From an uncultured Pelagibacteraceae bacterium (GTDB lineage Bacteria; Pseudomonadota; Alphaproteobacteria; Pelagibacterales; Pelagibacteraceae): 64,000 bases of DNA. How positions within the stretch are numbered: the stretch's first letter is position 1; the number at the start of each line of letters is the position of its first letter. Position numbers and translations under genes: made by a program. Location of the stretch: NCBI GenBank assembly GCA_902571975.1, contig CACGED010000004.1, positions 394-64,393 on the forward strand. Reading direction: 5' to 3'. Below the pieces are notes generated by a model. The model had not been told where the DNA came from, did no database searches, and saw only the letters and a list, made by a program, of their open reading frames with translations. Shown here piece after piece: positions 34,199 through 42,297 of the stretch.

Positions 34199-34321
34199 AT
34201 TTGTGAATTTCATGAGTATTTATGCTAATATTTATAATTGAACAAGATGAATAAGTAAAATTTTTTTATTTTATCCCCCTGGCTTCTAGTCTGCTTCTAG
34301 TTATCCTATAAAATCCTATAA

Positions 34322-34942
34322 CTAATTGAGATATTTTATCTTTTCATATGTTAATTTTTTTTGATTTTCTCTGTGTTTCCAAACAGAAATATCTTCATCA
34401 GGAAACGTCTTTTTTTTATTATTAAGAATTTTTTTTAAAAATTTAAATAGATTATCTAAATCCCAATCATAACCTTTACTTAAGTAAACATCTTTACTGT
34501 AGTTGTATTTTGCATAAGTTTTAGTTTTATAATGTTTCATTATAAAAGGGGTAATTTTTTGCTTTAATATTTTATCACTTAATTTATATTTTTTTAATAT
34601 TGTGTCTGTATAATCTCTGCCAATACTTTGTAAGCAAATTAGAAATGCATCTTCAAATTTTTTTGATGATAACAATCCATATTCAAGAGCCCAATCCTTA
34701 CCTATTTCTTGCTCAGCTCTAAATATTGTTTCGTAGTTCAAAGTTCTATCAAGCATTTTAAATTGCATTACTATATCGTTTGTAATTGGTTCTAAATGAA
34801 ACGGATCTTCTTTATAAAAAGGAGTTCCAATCAATTCTTCACCATTTAACTCATTTAAAATTAAACTAATTGAATGATGTTCTGAAATGTCAATATTTTT
34901 TAGCGTTTCTATCAATTGCTTATGGTTAAAATTTTTGTTCAT
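34322..34942 (-). CDS. Hypothetical protein (cassette 1 cargo)
   Basis: 206-aa ORF, no recognisable motif. Confidence 0.6.
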   Translation of the reverse strand: MNKNFNHKQLIETLKNIDISEHHSISLILNELNGEELIGTPFYKEDPFHLEPITNDIVMQFKMLDRTLNYETIFRAEQEIGKDWALEYGLLSSKKFEDAFLICLQSIGRDYTDTILKKYKLSDKILKQKITPFIMKHYKTKTYAKYNYSKDVYLSKGYDWDLDNLFKFLKKILNNKKKTFPDEDISVWKHRENQKKLTYEKIKYLN

Positions 34943-34957
34943 TTTTTATATTCCGTC

Positions 34958-35207
34958 TCAAATCCTCTTTTTTTGGAGTATATAAGCGGTCCCTAAAAAG
35001 AGAGTTACAAAAATAATTGAGGGTAGTGGATTATTAATTAATCTCATTAAGCCTGAGCATGTGTCACAAATACCAATTCTAAAAGATAATTTGTCAAAAA
35101 AAAACAAAGAAAATTAAATAAAAATATAAAATAAAACTACCAAAAAAAATTATTACTCCAATTGGAAATTTATTTTTTTTAGATTTAATGTCATTATCTT
35201 TGCTCAT
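34958..35207 (-). pseudogene. Small two-TM membrane protein with CxxC, frameshifted in a 9-nt homopolymer
   Basis: Removing one base from the A9 run (35096-35104) gives 82 aa: MSKDNDIKSKKNKFPIGVIIFFGSFILYFYLIFFVFFDKLSFRIGICDTCSGLMRLINNPLPSIIFVTLFLGTAYILQKKRI. Confidence 0.55.
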
Positions 35208-35225
35208 AAATTTACAGGTTAATCC

Positions 35226-35735
35226 TCATTTTAATTTCTTACAATTATAAAATGCATCATAATCGTTGATTGAACCAGTAACCAAAAAATAATCTATCCA
35301 TAACTCAGGTCTTTCATTGGATACTAGCGGAAATACAAACAACATAGAGTTACCAGGTGGATCACCTTCTAGGATCCATGGAGGCATATAAGTAGGCTGT
35401 ATTATTAAAGATTTTCCCCAATGTTGGTATCCGAAAATTTTCTTTTTTAAAAAATGTTTTTTTATCAAAACATCTCCCCCCTCTAGAAATTCACCATCCC
35501 AGAAACCAAATTTGATTTTAAATACTTTCGGAAATTTAACAATAGGTGCATATTTTGCTCCTCCACCTGAAGGAAATAATTGTCTTCCTTTCATCGAGCA
35601 TTCTAGGGTGATGCTTTGAAATGGCAGGATTTTAGTATGATAACTTCTATATGTTACATAGCTTAAAACTAAAAAAACAAAAATAAATATAATTGCAATA
35701 TTAATCTTATTTTTTTTCAAATACTCATTATACAT
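35226..35735 (-). CDS. Hypothetical membrane-anchored protein (cassette 1 cargo)
   Basis: 169 aa, N-terminal hydrophobic helix, two distant Cys. Confidence 0.6.
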   Translation of the reverse strand: MYNEYLKKNKINIAIIFIFVFLVLSYVTYRSYHTKILPFQSITLECSMKGRQLFPSGGGAKYAPIVKFPKVFKIKFGFWDGEFLEGGDVLIKKHFLKKKIFGYQHWGKSLIIQPTYMPPWILEGDPPGNSMLFVFPLVSNERPELWIDYFLVTGSINDYDAFYNCKKLK

Positions 35736-35909
35736 AAGTAATTTATATTATTATATCCACCTAGCTTCTAGTCTACTTCTAGTTTGAGAGAATTTATTAT
35801 TCATATTTTCCAATAAAAATAATTAAAGGTTTTTTTAAAGTGTAGGATTTAATGGGATTTAAGACTGTATGAGACTGTGTGAGACTATAAAATATCCCTA
35901 CCCTATGTT

Positions 35910-36073
35910 TTTTAAGTCCTTTGTGTCTACCAATTTCACCACGAGGGCATTTGTGAATTTCATGAGTATTTATGCTAATATTTATAATTGAACAAGGTTA
36001 ATAAGTAAAATTTTTTTATTTTATCTCTCCATGCTCTAGTCTTGCTCTAGTTGTCCCATATTATCCTATAACA
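35910..36073 (-). repeat. Second copy of the tRNA-Leu 5' half plus about 125 bp of upstream sequence
   Basis: Near-identical to 34160-34323 (offset 1750 bp); identity starts exactly at the anticodon loop. Confidence 0.95.
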
Positions 36074-36116
36074 ATATTCAATAAGCCTGAGGCGTGTCTA
36101 TTGATATCGAGATTTT

Positions 36117-37559
36117 TTATTTACCTTTTTTAATAACTGAATGAGCTATTTTTTTCCAATTATAATCTATGTGAATAGTATTAATTACGTTTATTCTACC
36201 TTTATCAAAATCAATAATAATACTTTGTCCACCTTTACCAACCATTCCCATTATATTCCTTCCACGCATTCCTGAATAGTCTGCGTAGAACTGCCCAGCA
36301 TATGATTTAGGATTTAAACCTGGACTTTTGTCTTCTTTCCACTTATCATTTTTTGGAATTCTTCTTTCATGAATATTTTTTAAATACTTTCCAACACAAG
36401 TATCATTTTGCCAATCATCTAGCATTGCTTTAGCTATTCTTAGATAATCATACCTTGAAGCATTGAATGAATATCTTAAAGGACCATCTTCATCTCTTAC
36501 TTTATACTCTTTTAAAATTTTATTATTTCTATTATTGGATTTAATAGTTCTGTCATTCATTTTTAAAAACCACACATCATTTTTAACTTTTGCTTTGTCT
36601 ATAAATATTTCATCTAATAGATTTTGAAATTGACCTTCAGATTTAAACCAAACATAGTTTATTAAAAGATTGGTTATAAAATTAGTGTATTGATATTTGC
36701 TTTTTACCTTTTTTGAGTCTTTAAAAACTCCCTTCTGCAAGTGAAATTCAACAGTATTTGCGTTCGCATTTTTTCTATATTTATTTGTTTTTAAATCCTT
36801 ATCTGCATATTTTTGATGACCAGCAGCCATATTTAGAAGATTTATTAATTTTTGATCATAAAAAAGTGTATTTTCTAATAGAGGCCAATCATTTAATCTA
36901 TGGTCAACACCATTTATATATCCTTTACATATTGCATGACCTGTCACATAGGATACAATACTTTTTCCAACAGACATGCTGGTAAACTGAGTATTATTAT
37001 CAAACAAAATTCCAAAACGATTTTTTGGCGATATCTCATCTATAGTAATTTTACCATCTTCGTAAAGTAAGTAACTAAGTAATGCTGTTTTCTGCATATG
37101 TTTTTTGATGTATTTGGAAATTTTGTCATCTCTTAATTCGGTTTTAAATTTGTAAGGATTTTTTGATCCTTTAGAGCCAGCACGGTCAAATCCATTTTCT
37201 GTAACAATGTATCTAAATAAATAATACAGCAAAGTATCTTTATTTGGATTAGTGCCCCAAGGGATTTCTGGTGATTTAAAAAATTTTATTTTTAGATTAT
37301 TTGTGGCGTGAACTTTATGACATTCAAGCCAGAACCACTCGTTAGTTTTAACCTTTGGTTCATCAACAAGACCAACCTTTGGTACTTTTAAACCATGTTT
37401 TTGAATTAATTTTTTGCATCCTGCTTTTTGTTCAATATTTAAATACTGTGTATGACCGTTGTCTAATAACCAATTGTTAAAATCGTCAATTCTTGAATCA
37501 TTTGCGTAAGATGTATTTGAAAATAAAAATAAAAATATAATTATTAAAATTTTTTTCAT
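36117..37559 (-). CDS. Secreted serine hydrolase, beta-lactamase class C / PBP-like family
   Basis: Signal peptide MKKILIIIFLFLFSNTSYA (ATG 37559); SxxK motif (SVGK), YxN motif (YTN), GMVGKGGQ. Confidence 0.8.
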   Translation of the reverse strand: MKKILIIIFLFLFSNTSYANDSRIDDFNNWLLDNGHTQYLNIEQKAGCKKLIQKHGLKVPKVGLVDEPKVKTNEWFWLECHKVHATNNLKIKFFKSPEIPWGTNPNKDTLLYYLFRYIVTENGFDRAGSKGSKNPYKFKTELRDDKISKYIKKHMQKTALLSYLLYEDGKITIDEISPKNRFGILFDNNTQFTSMSVGKSIVSYVTGHAICKGYINGVDHRLNDWPLLENTLFYDQKLINLLNMAAGHQKYADKDLKTNKYRKNANANTVEFHLQKGVFKDSKKVKSKYQYTNFITNLLINYVWFKSEGQFQNLLDEIFIDKAKVKNDVWFLKMNDRTIKSNNRNNKILKEYKVRDEDGPLRYSFNASRYDYLRIAKAMLDDWQNDTCVGKYLKNIHERRIPKNDKWKEDKSPGLNPKSYAGQFYADYSGMRGRNIMGMVGKGGQSIIIDFDKGRINVINTIHIDYNWKKIAHSVIKKGK

Positions 37560-37759
37560 AATCCAAGAATACCAAATCATTAAACAAGAGTCTAACTGCT
37601 AAACTCTAACTCTATGCTCTAGTATTGCTCTAGTTTGAGAAAAAAATAAACTTTATTTTTCAATATTAATTGAAAGCTAATTTAAAGTTATGTTATTTTA
37701 CAGGATGTTTTAGACTGCCTTGGACTACCACGGACTGACTCGTCTGTGAATCCTTCGTC

Positions 37760-37798
37760 TTTTAAGTCCTTTGTGTCTACCAATTTCACCATGAAGGC
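37760..37798 (-). repeat. Third, diverged copy of the tRNA-Leu 5' half (backbone-side att)
   Basis: TTTTAAGTCCTTTGTGTCTACCAATTTCACCATGAAGGC: 2 substitutions versus 34160-34198. Confidence 0.92.
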
Positions 37799-37839
37799 AT
37801 GAGTTATTTTAATGAGTATTTATGTTAATATTTACCTGA

Positions 37840-38643
37840 ATGAAACAAAAAAAACAAATTATTATTTTTACTGATCTTGATGGATCTCTATTAGATAAAG
37901 ATACATTTGAATTTCACGAAATTGAGGATTACTTTAGAGATTTAGTTTCAAAAGGTATAAAAATAATTCCAAACTCTAGTAAAACAAAAGCTGAATTATC
38001 AAACTTTAATAAACAATATAATTTAAATTTAAGTTTTATTGCAGAAAATGGTTCATCTATTCATGGATTAAATTTGATACACAAAAATCTACCTAATAAT
38101 ATATTTTTAAGCAGAACAGTAGATGAAATTTACAAAATTTATAATCAAAATGTTACAGATAATTTAAAAGAAAAAGTTACTTTTATTTTAAATTTGAAAT
38201 CCAATGAACAACAAGAAATATTTGGCCTTTCATTAGAAAAAATGAATCTAGCTATTAAAAGAGATCATTCGATACCAATTCAATTTAATGGAACCGAAAT
38301 TGAAAAAAATGAATTTATTAAAATTATGAATAATTCAGGATTAACTATTCAAACAGGGGGAAGAATAATGAATATTTGTGACAACGTTAATAAATCAATA
38401 GCTATGAGTAAAACTATGGAATTAATCAATAAAGAAATAGACAATGAGATAATAACTATTGGTGTTGGCGATAATCAAAATGACATTGATATGCTAAAAC
38501 ATAGCGATTACCCATGTTTAGTTAAAAATAATAGTTTTGATAGTTCGTTGCTAAATATAGATAATTTAATCAAATCTACTGAGCCATCTCCTAGAGGATG
38601 GGCAGATGTGATCAAAACGGCTATACAAAAAATTAAAACATAG
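37840..38643 (+). CDS. HAD-IIB glucosyl/mannosyl-3-phosphoglycerate phosphatase (GpgP/MpgP-like)
   Basis: FTDLDGSLLD, SSKT, ENG, GGR, GDNQNDIDML. Confidence 0.85.
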   Translation: MKQKKQIIIFTDLDGSLLDKDTFEFHEIEDYFRDLVSKGIKIIPNSSKTKAELSNFNKQYNLNLSFIAENGSSIHGLNLIHKNLPNNIFLSRTVDEIYKIYNQNVTDNLKEKVTFILNLKSNEQQEIFGLSLEKMNLAIKRDHSIPIQFNGTEIEKNEFIKIMNNSGLTIQTGGRIMNICDNVNKSIAMSKTMELINKEIDNEIITIGVGDNQNDIDMLKHSDYPCLVKNNSFDSSLLNIDNLIKSTEPSPRGWADVIKTAIQKIKT

Positions 38644-38657
38644 GATAGGTTGCGGCC

Positions 38658-39878
38658 ATGAGTGATTTCTATCAAGATGGCACTATATCAACGCTCCATG
38701 ACTTTGGCACTAAATCAACAAAAGATTTAGAAAAAGATCTTTTAAAATTTTCCAAGGAAAGAAAAATGGAACTTATTTTACCTTGTCTTTATTCAGAATT
38801 AAAAGGTGATGCATTACCTAAAATTGTAAATGAGATAAGTAAAACAAATTATTTAAATCACATAATTATTGGTTTAGATAAAGCAACTGAGGCTCAAGCC
38901 AGAAGAGCTTGGACATTTTTTGAAAAATTAGAAACTCCATTTACAATTCTTTGGAATGACGGTCCTAACCTTAAAAAATTGGACAAAGAATTAAAAAAAT
39001 TAGGACTTGCTCCAAATGAGTACGGAAAAGGTAGAAATGTTTGGTATTGTATTGGAATGTCTATTGCAAGAGATAGCGCAAGGTCTGTGGCATTGCATGA
39101 TTGTGATATAAAAACTTATGATCGAAGAATGTTAGCAAAACTTTTTTATCCTGTTGTAAATCCATTATTCAATTTTGAATTTTGCAAAGGTTTTTATCCA
39201 AGAGTTGCAGATAACAAAATGAATGGGAGGGTTGCTAGATTACTTGTATTTCCATTATTAAATGCATTAGAGAAAACAATAGGAAATAGCGATTACTTAA
39301 ATTTTATGAAGTCATTTAAATATCCATTAGCAGGAGAATTTTCATTTAGAAGAAATATTTTACCTGAATTAAGAATTTCGTCAGATTGGGGAATAGAAAT
39401 TGGAATTCTATCAGAAATGCAAAGAAACTTTTCTCCACAAAATATTTGTCAGGTAGATTTGGCTGATACCTATGATCACAAACATCAAAAATTGTCTATT
39501 AATAATGAAAAGCATGGTCTATCAAGAATGTCTATTGATATTATAAAAACTTTTATAAAAAAATTAGCAACCCAAGGACACTCATTTAGTAAAGAGCAAT
39601 TTAGATCTTTAAAAGCAACATATTATAGAGCAGCTTTAGATCTAATAGATGCTTACAGAAACGATGCTCAGATGAATGGTTTAAAATTTGACTCTCATAC
39701 TGAAGAAAAGGCAGTTGAATTATTTGCTGCAAATATTATGAAAGCAGGTGATGCTTTTTATCAAAACCCAATGGATACACCTTTTATACCTACATGGAGT
39801 AGAGTTAAAAGTGCAATACCAGATTTTTTAATAAGATTAGAAAAAGCAGTTAACGAAGATAACATGCGCTATATTTAA
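38658..39878 (+). CDS. Glucosyl-3-phosphoglycerate synthase-like glycosyltransferase (GpgS type)
   Basis: DFYQDG.I.TLH, GKGRNVW, HDCDI, GRVARL, YPLAGEF, DWGIEIG, YDHKHQ; adjacent to the phosphatase. Confidence 0.8.
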   Translation: MSDFYQDGTISTLHDFGTKSTKDLEKDLLKFSKERKMELILPCLYSELKGDALPKIVNEISKTNYLNHIIIGLDKATEAQARRAWTFFEKLETPFTILWNDGPNLKKLDKELKKLGLAPNEYGKGRNVWYCIGMSIARDSARSVALHDCDIKTYDRRMLAKLFYPVVNPLFNFEFCKGFYPRVADNKMNGRVARLLVFPLLNALEKTIGNSDYLNFMKSFKYPLAGEFSFRRNILPELRISSDWGIEIGILSEMQRNFSPQNICQVDLADTYDHKHQKLSINNEKHGLSRMSIDIIKTFIKKLATQGHSFSKEQFRSLKATYYRAALDLIDAYRNDAQMNGLKFDSHTEEKAVELFAANIMKAGDAFYQNPMDTPFIPTWSRVKSAIPDFLIRLEKAVNEDNMRYI

Positions 39879-39883
39879 ATAGA

Positions 39884-40891
39884 TTAGTTTTTTGAATTAT
39901 ACTGAGGATGTTTAGACTCTGGACGATTTTTATGCTTTACCACTATTGATCCATCAACAACCTTAATATCATAACCCCAATTATCCCATCCTTTTAACGA
40001 TAATGGTTCGCTAAGTTTATCTTCCAAAGTACGCGGGTAAACATAACAACCCTCACTATCTCCATATTGAACTCTCGCTTCTTCCATTTTTTTTTTAACT
40101 TCCATGTGCAAGTCTAGTGGAACATTCAAATGTTGCCCAAGTAAGTAACTTAAATTCATATCTTTACATGCTAAATCCATTGTAAATCCAGCTTCATATT
40201 TCTGATTAAAAATATGAGGAACAACTGTTTCCCAGGCAAAAGAGTTACCTGCCGAAACTCGAATTGCATCAAAAAAACTTTCTAAATCTAGTCCTGCTCT
40301 TTTTGCAATCATCATGCATTCAGATGCTGCAACCATATTAGTAAATGCAAGCATGTTTGAGACAACTTTTGCAATTGCACCTGCTCCTATCTCTCCACAC
40401 AAAACAACTACTTCACCTATTGCATCTTGTAAAACTTCTTTCCAATTATTGAAAATCTCTTTATCTCCACCTGCCAAACAAACCATATTGTTATTTTGCA
40501 AAGCATGAACACCTCCAGTTAGAGTAGCTTCCAACATTGAAATACCATAAGTTTTTGCTTTATTTGATAATTCTTGTGTTTGTTTAAAATCAGTTGTGGA
40601 CGTATCTATCCAAACCATACCAGTGGATGAATTATGTAATAAACCATCCACACCATCAACAACTTGTAAAACATGTTCTGGTTTAGGCAAACAAGTTAAA
40701 ACTATATTACATTTCTGTGCAATATCTTTGATGGAATTCGCCTTAATAACATCTTTAGGAACATCATCGAGTTTATTTTTGTCAATATCAAAGGCTATAA
40801 GTTTATACTTCTTTGCTTTGTGTAAATTATTTAAGATTGGTGTACCGGCATTTCCTAAGCCAATCACTCCTATTGTTATGATGTCGCTCAT
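39884..40891 (-). CDS. NAD(P)-dependent beta-hydroxyacid dehydrogenase (3-hydroxyisobutyrate dehydrogenase family)
   Basis: GVIGLGNAG Rossmann motif, DTST, catalytic K in AKVVSN, LACKDM. Confidence 0.85.
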   Translation of the reverse strand: MSDIITIGVIGLGNAGTPILNNLHKAKKYKLIAFDIDKNKLDDVPKDVIKANSIKDIAQKCNIVLTCLPKPEHVLQVVDGVDGLLHNSSTGMVWIDTSTTDFKQTQELSNKAKTYGISMLEATLTGGVHALQNNNMVCLAGGDKEIFNNWKEVLQDAIGEVVVLCGEIGAGAIAKVVSNMLAFTNMVAASECMMIAKRAGLDLESFFDAIRVSAGNSFAWETVVPHIFNQKYEAGFTMDLACKDMNLSYLLGQHLNVPLDLHMEVKKKMEEARVQYGDSEGCYVYPRTLEDKLSEPLSLKGWDNWGYDIKVVDGSIVVKHKNRPESKHPQYNSKN

Positions 40892-40909
40892 GATCTCTCC
40901 TTTCGTAAT

Positions 40910-41692
40910 TTAAATAAATGTTGATGTTACATCTCCAAAAGCTGATGAGGTAACTTCGATCAACTTCTTTTCATTAATTGGTACAGGAAATCCATAAGCT
41001 CCTGTTAAAATTAAATCATTTTTTTTCAAAATATTATTTGTTTTTGCTTTATGTTTAACTAGCCACTCTATTTCTCCAAGCATATCAAAAGGCCATTTTT
41101 TATCTATCCATTTATCGACTACTTCATTGTCATAAACAAGTTTAAGATCTGTAATTTCAGTGTTGTTTGGAACCTTATTTTCTTGTCCTAGTATAACTCC
41201 AGCGTGAATTGCATTATTAGCTAAAAGTTCTGCACCATTTGGAGCATCTCCATTAAAAACTAAATTATGTATTTCTATAAGAGGATAAATCGATTGAACA
41301 GACTCTAATATATAATCAAATGAAACAAGATCTGGATTAATATCTCTATTAAGTATTACTCCAAATTCTGCTTCCATAGCTGGATTAGAATAATCTTTTT
41401 TATTAAGTTCCACACCGTTTTGATGCAATTCGCTATTCCAAAGAAATCCACTAGCTGGATGAGTAAAGCCCATTTTTTTTTGAGTATCATTTGAAACACA
41501 ACCAATTTTATAACCAATAATTTCCTCACCTCTTTTAAGTCTTAAATCAGCGACTTTAGATTGTATTAGTAAAGCATTTTCATTACTTATTACTACTTTG
41601 TCTTTAAATAACTGGCTAGGTTTTTTTGCATCGTAATCTTCAAGAATTTTATTTGAATATAAATCTAATTCTTTTGAAGATAATTTGCTCAT
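40910..41692 (-). CDS. 2-keto-4-pentenoate hydratase-like protein (FAH superfamily)
   Basis: GYKIGC, EAEFG, ANNA, DLILTG. Confidence 0.8.
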   Translation of the reverse strand: MSKLSSKELDLYSNKILEDYDAKKPSQLFKDKVVISNENALLIQSKVADLRLKRGEEIIGYKIGCVSNDTQKKMGFTHPASGFLWNSELHQNGVELNKKDYSNPAMEAEFGVILNRDINPDLVSFDYILESVQSIYPLIEIHNLVFNGDAPNGAELLANNAIHAGVILGQENKVPNNTEITDLKLVYDNEVVDKWIDKKWPFDMLGEIEWLVKHKAKTNNILKKNDLILTGAYGFPVPINEKKLIEVTSSAFGDVTSTFI

Positions 41693-42081
41693 TAAATAAG
41701 TAAAACAACTAAAAATATCATCTGAATAAAATTAATCACAACAGATATAAAGTGTGAATATTTAAATTTTTTATCCTGCTTTTCGTCTCTATATTTATTT
41801 ATCAGAGGCATTAATAAATAATTTGAAGTCGCAAATAAAAGTGTAATTGCAAGTATTAAGTAAAAATCTATTCCTAATTTACTTAAGAATAAAAAAGTTA
41901 ATAAAACAATTAAACTTAAACCTAGGTTAACATTGTAATAAAAAGGAAATATTCTTCTTATGAACTTTCTGGCATTATCTTCATCTAAAGTAGTAAATAC
42001 CACTGGAGCAATAACAAATGAAAAGAATAACATTATTCCTAAAATCATTGCTGTTAAGTAAATACTAATCTGTTCAATCAT
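41692..42081 (-). CDS. DUF4149-type membrane protein
   Basis: G.MLFFSFVIAPVVF..L...A..F.R.IFP.YY, F...H..SV..N. Confidence 0.75.
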   Translation of the reverse strand: MIEQISIYLTAMILGIMLFFSFVIAPVVFTTLDEDNARKFIRRIFPFYYNVNLGLSLIVLLTFLFLSKLGIDFYLILAITLLFATSNYLLMPLINKYRDEKQDKKFKYSHFISVVINFIQMIFLVVLLI

Positions 42082-42084
42082 AAT

Positions 42085-42270
42085 TTAGTTTTCTATTGAA
42101 TTTTCTTCTTTCATTAATATTGGTCTACCATCATGTGCAGTATTAAGAGGTATAATTTTACCTTTATATTTTGCACATAAAGTTGGTGCACTTCTAACTT
42201 CTTCTCCTAATCTAACTTCTAAATCAACAATTACTAATTTTGCATCTTCTAATTCTTTTAATATTCTCAT
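42085..42270 (-). CDS. Small hypothetical protein
   Basis: 61-aa ORF in the operon, AAAGGA RBS-like sequence upstream. Confidence 0.6.
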   Translation of the reverse strand: MRILKELEDAKLVIVDLEVRLGEEVRSAPTLCAKYKGKIIPLNTAHDGRPILMKEENSIEN

Positions 42271-42297
42271 TTTGGTCCTTTGGTTAATTAATTTAAT

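Larger units (their letters stand above)
34160..35909. mobile_element. tRNA-Leu cassette 1 (1750 bp, no integrase)
   Basis: Begins at the anticodon loop TTTTAAG; next copy of the tRNA 5' half at 35910; 28/31-bp CTTCTAGT-doublet repeat at both inner ends (34272-34302, 35754-35784). Confidence 0.82.
35910..37759. mobile_element. tRNA-Leu cassette 2 (1850 bp, no integrase)
   Basis: Bounded by tRNA-Leu 5'-half copies at 35910 and 37760; 21/22-bp ATGCTCTAGT(C/A)TTGCTCTAGTT at both inner ends (36031-36052, 37614-37635). Confidence 0.82.

Noticed and set aside
35048-36098. TAAGCCTGAG...GTGTC similarity at about 35048 and 36082
   Set aside because: Only 10 bp of exact match, one copy lies inside a coding frame, and positions relative to cassette ends are not equivalent; probably chance
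34160-37798. Interpreting the three ~39-bp repeats as a CRISPR array or as extra tRNA genes
   Set aside because: Spacing is 1.75-1.85 kb with genes between, the repeats are tRNA halves lacking T-arm and CCA, and there are no cas genes
30761-37798. Prophage or IS element
   Set aside because: No integrase, transposase, terminase, capsid or replication gene; core genes (gcvT-like, nadK) separate the Thr and Leu islets
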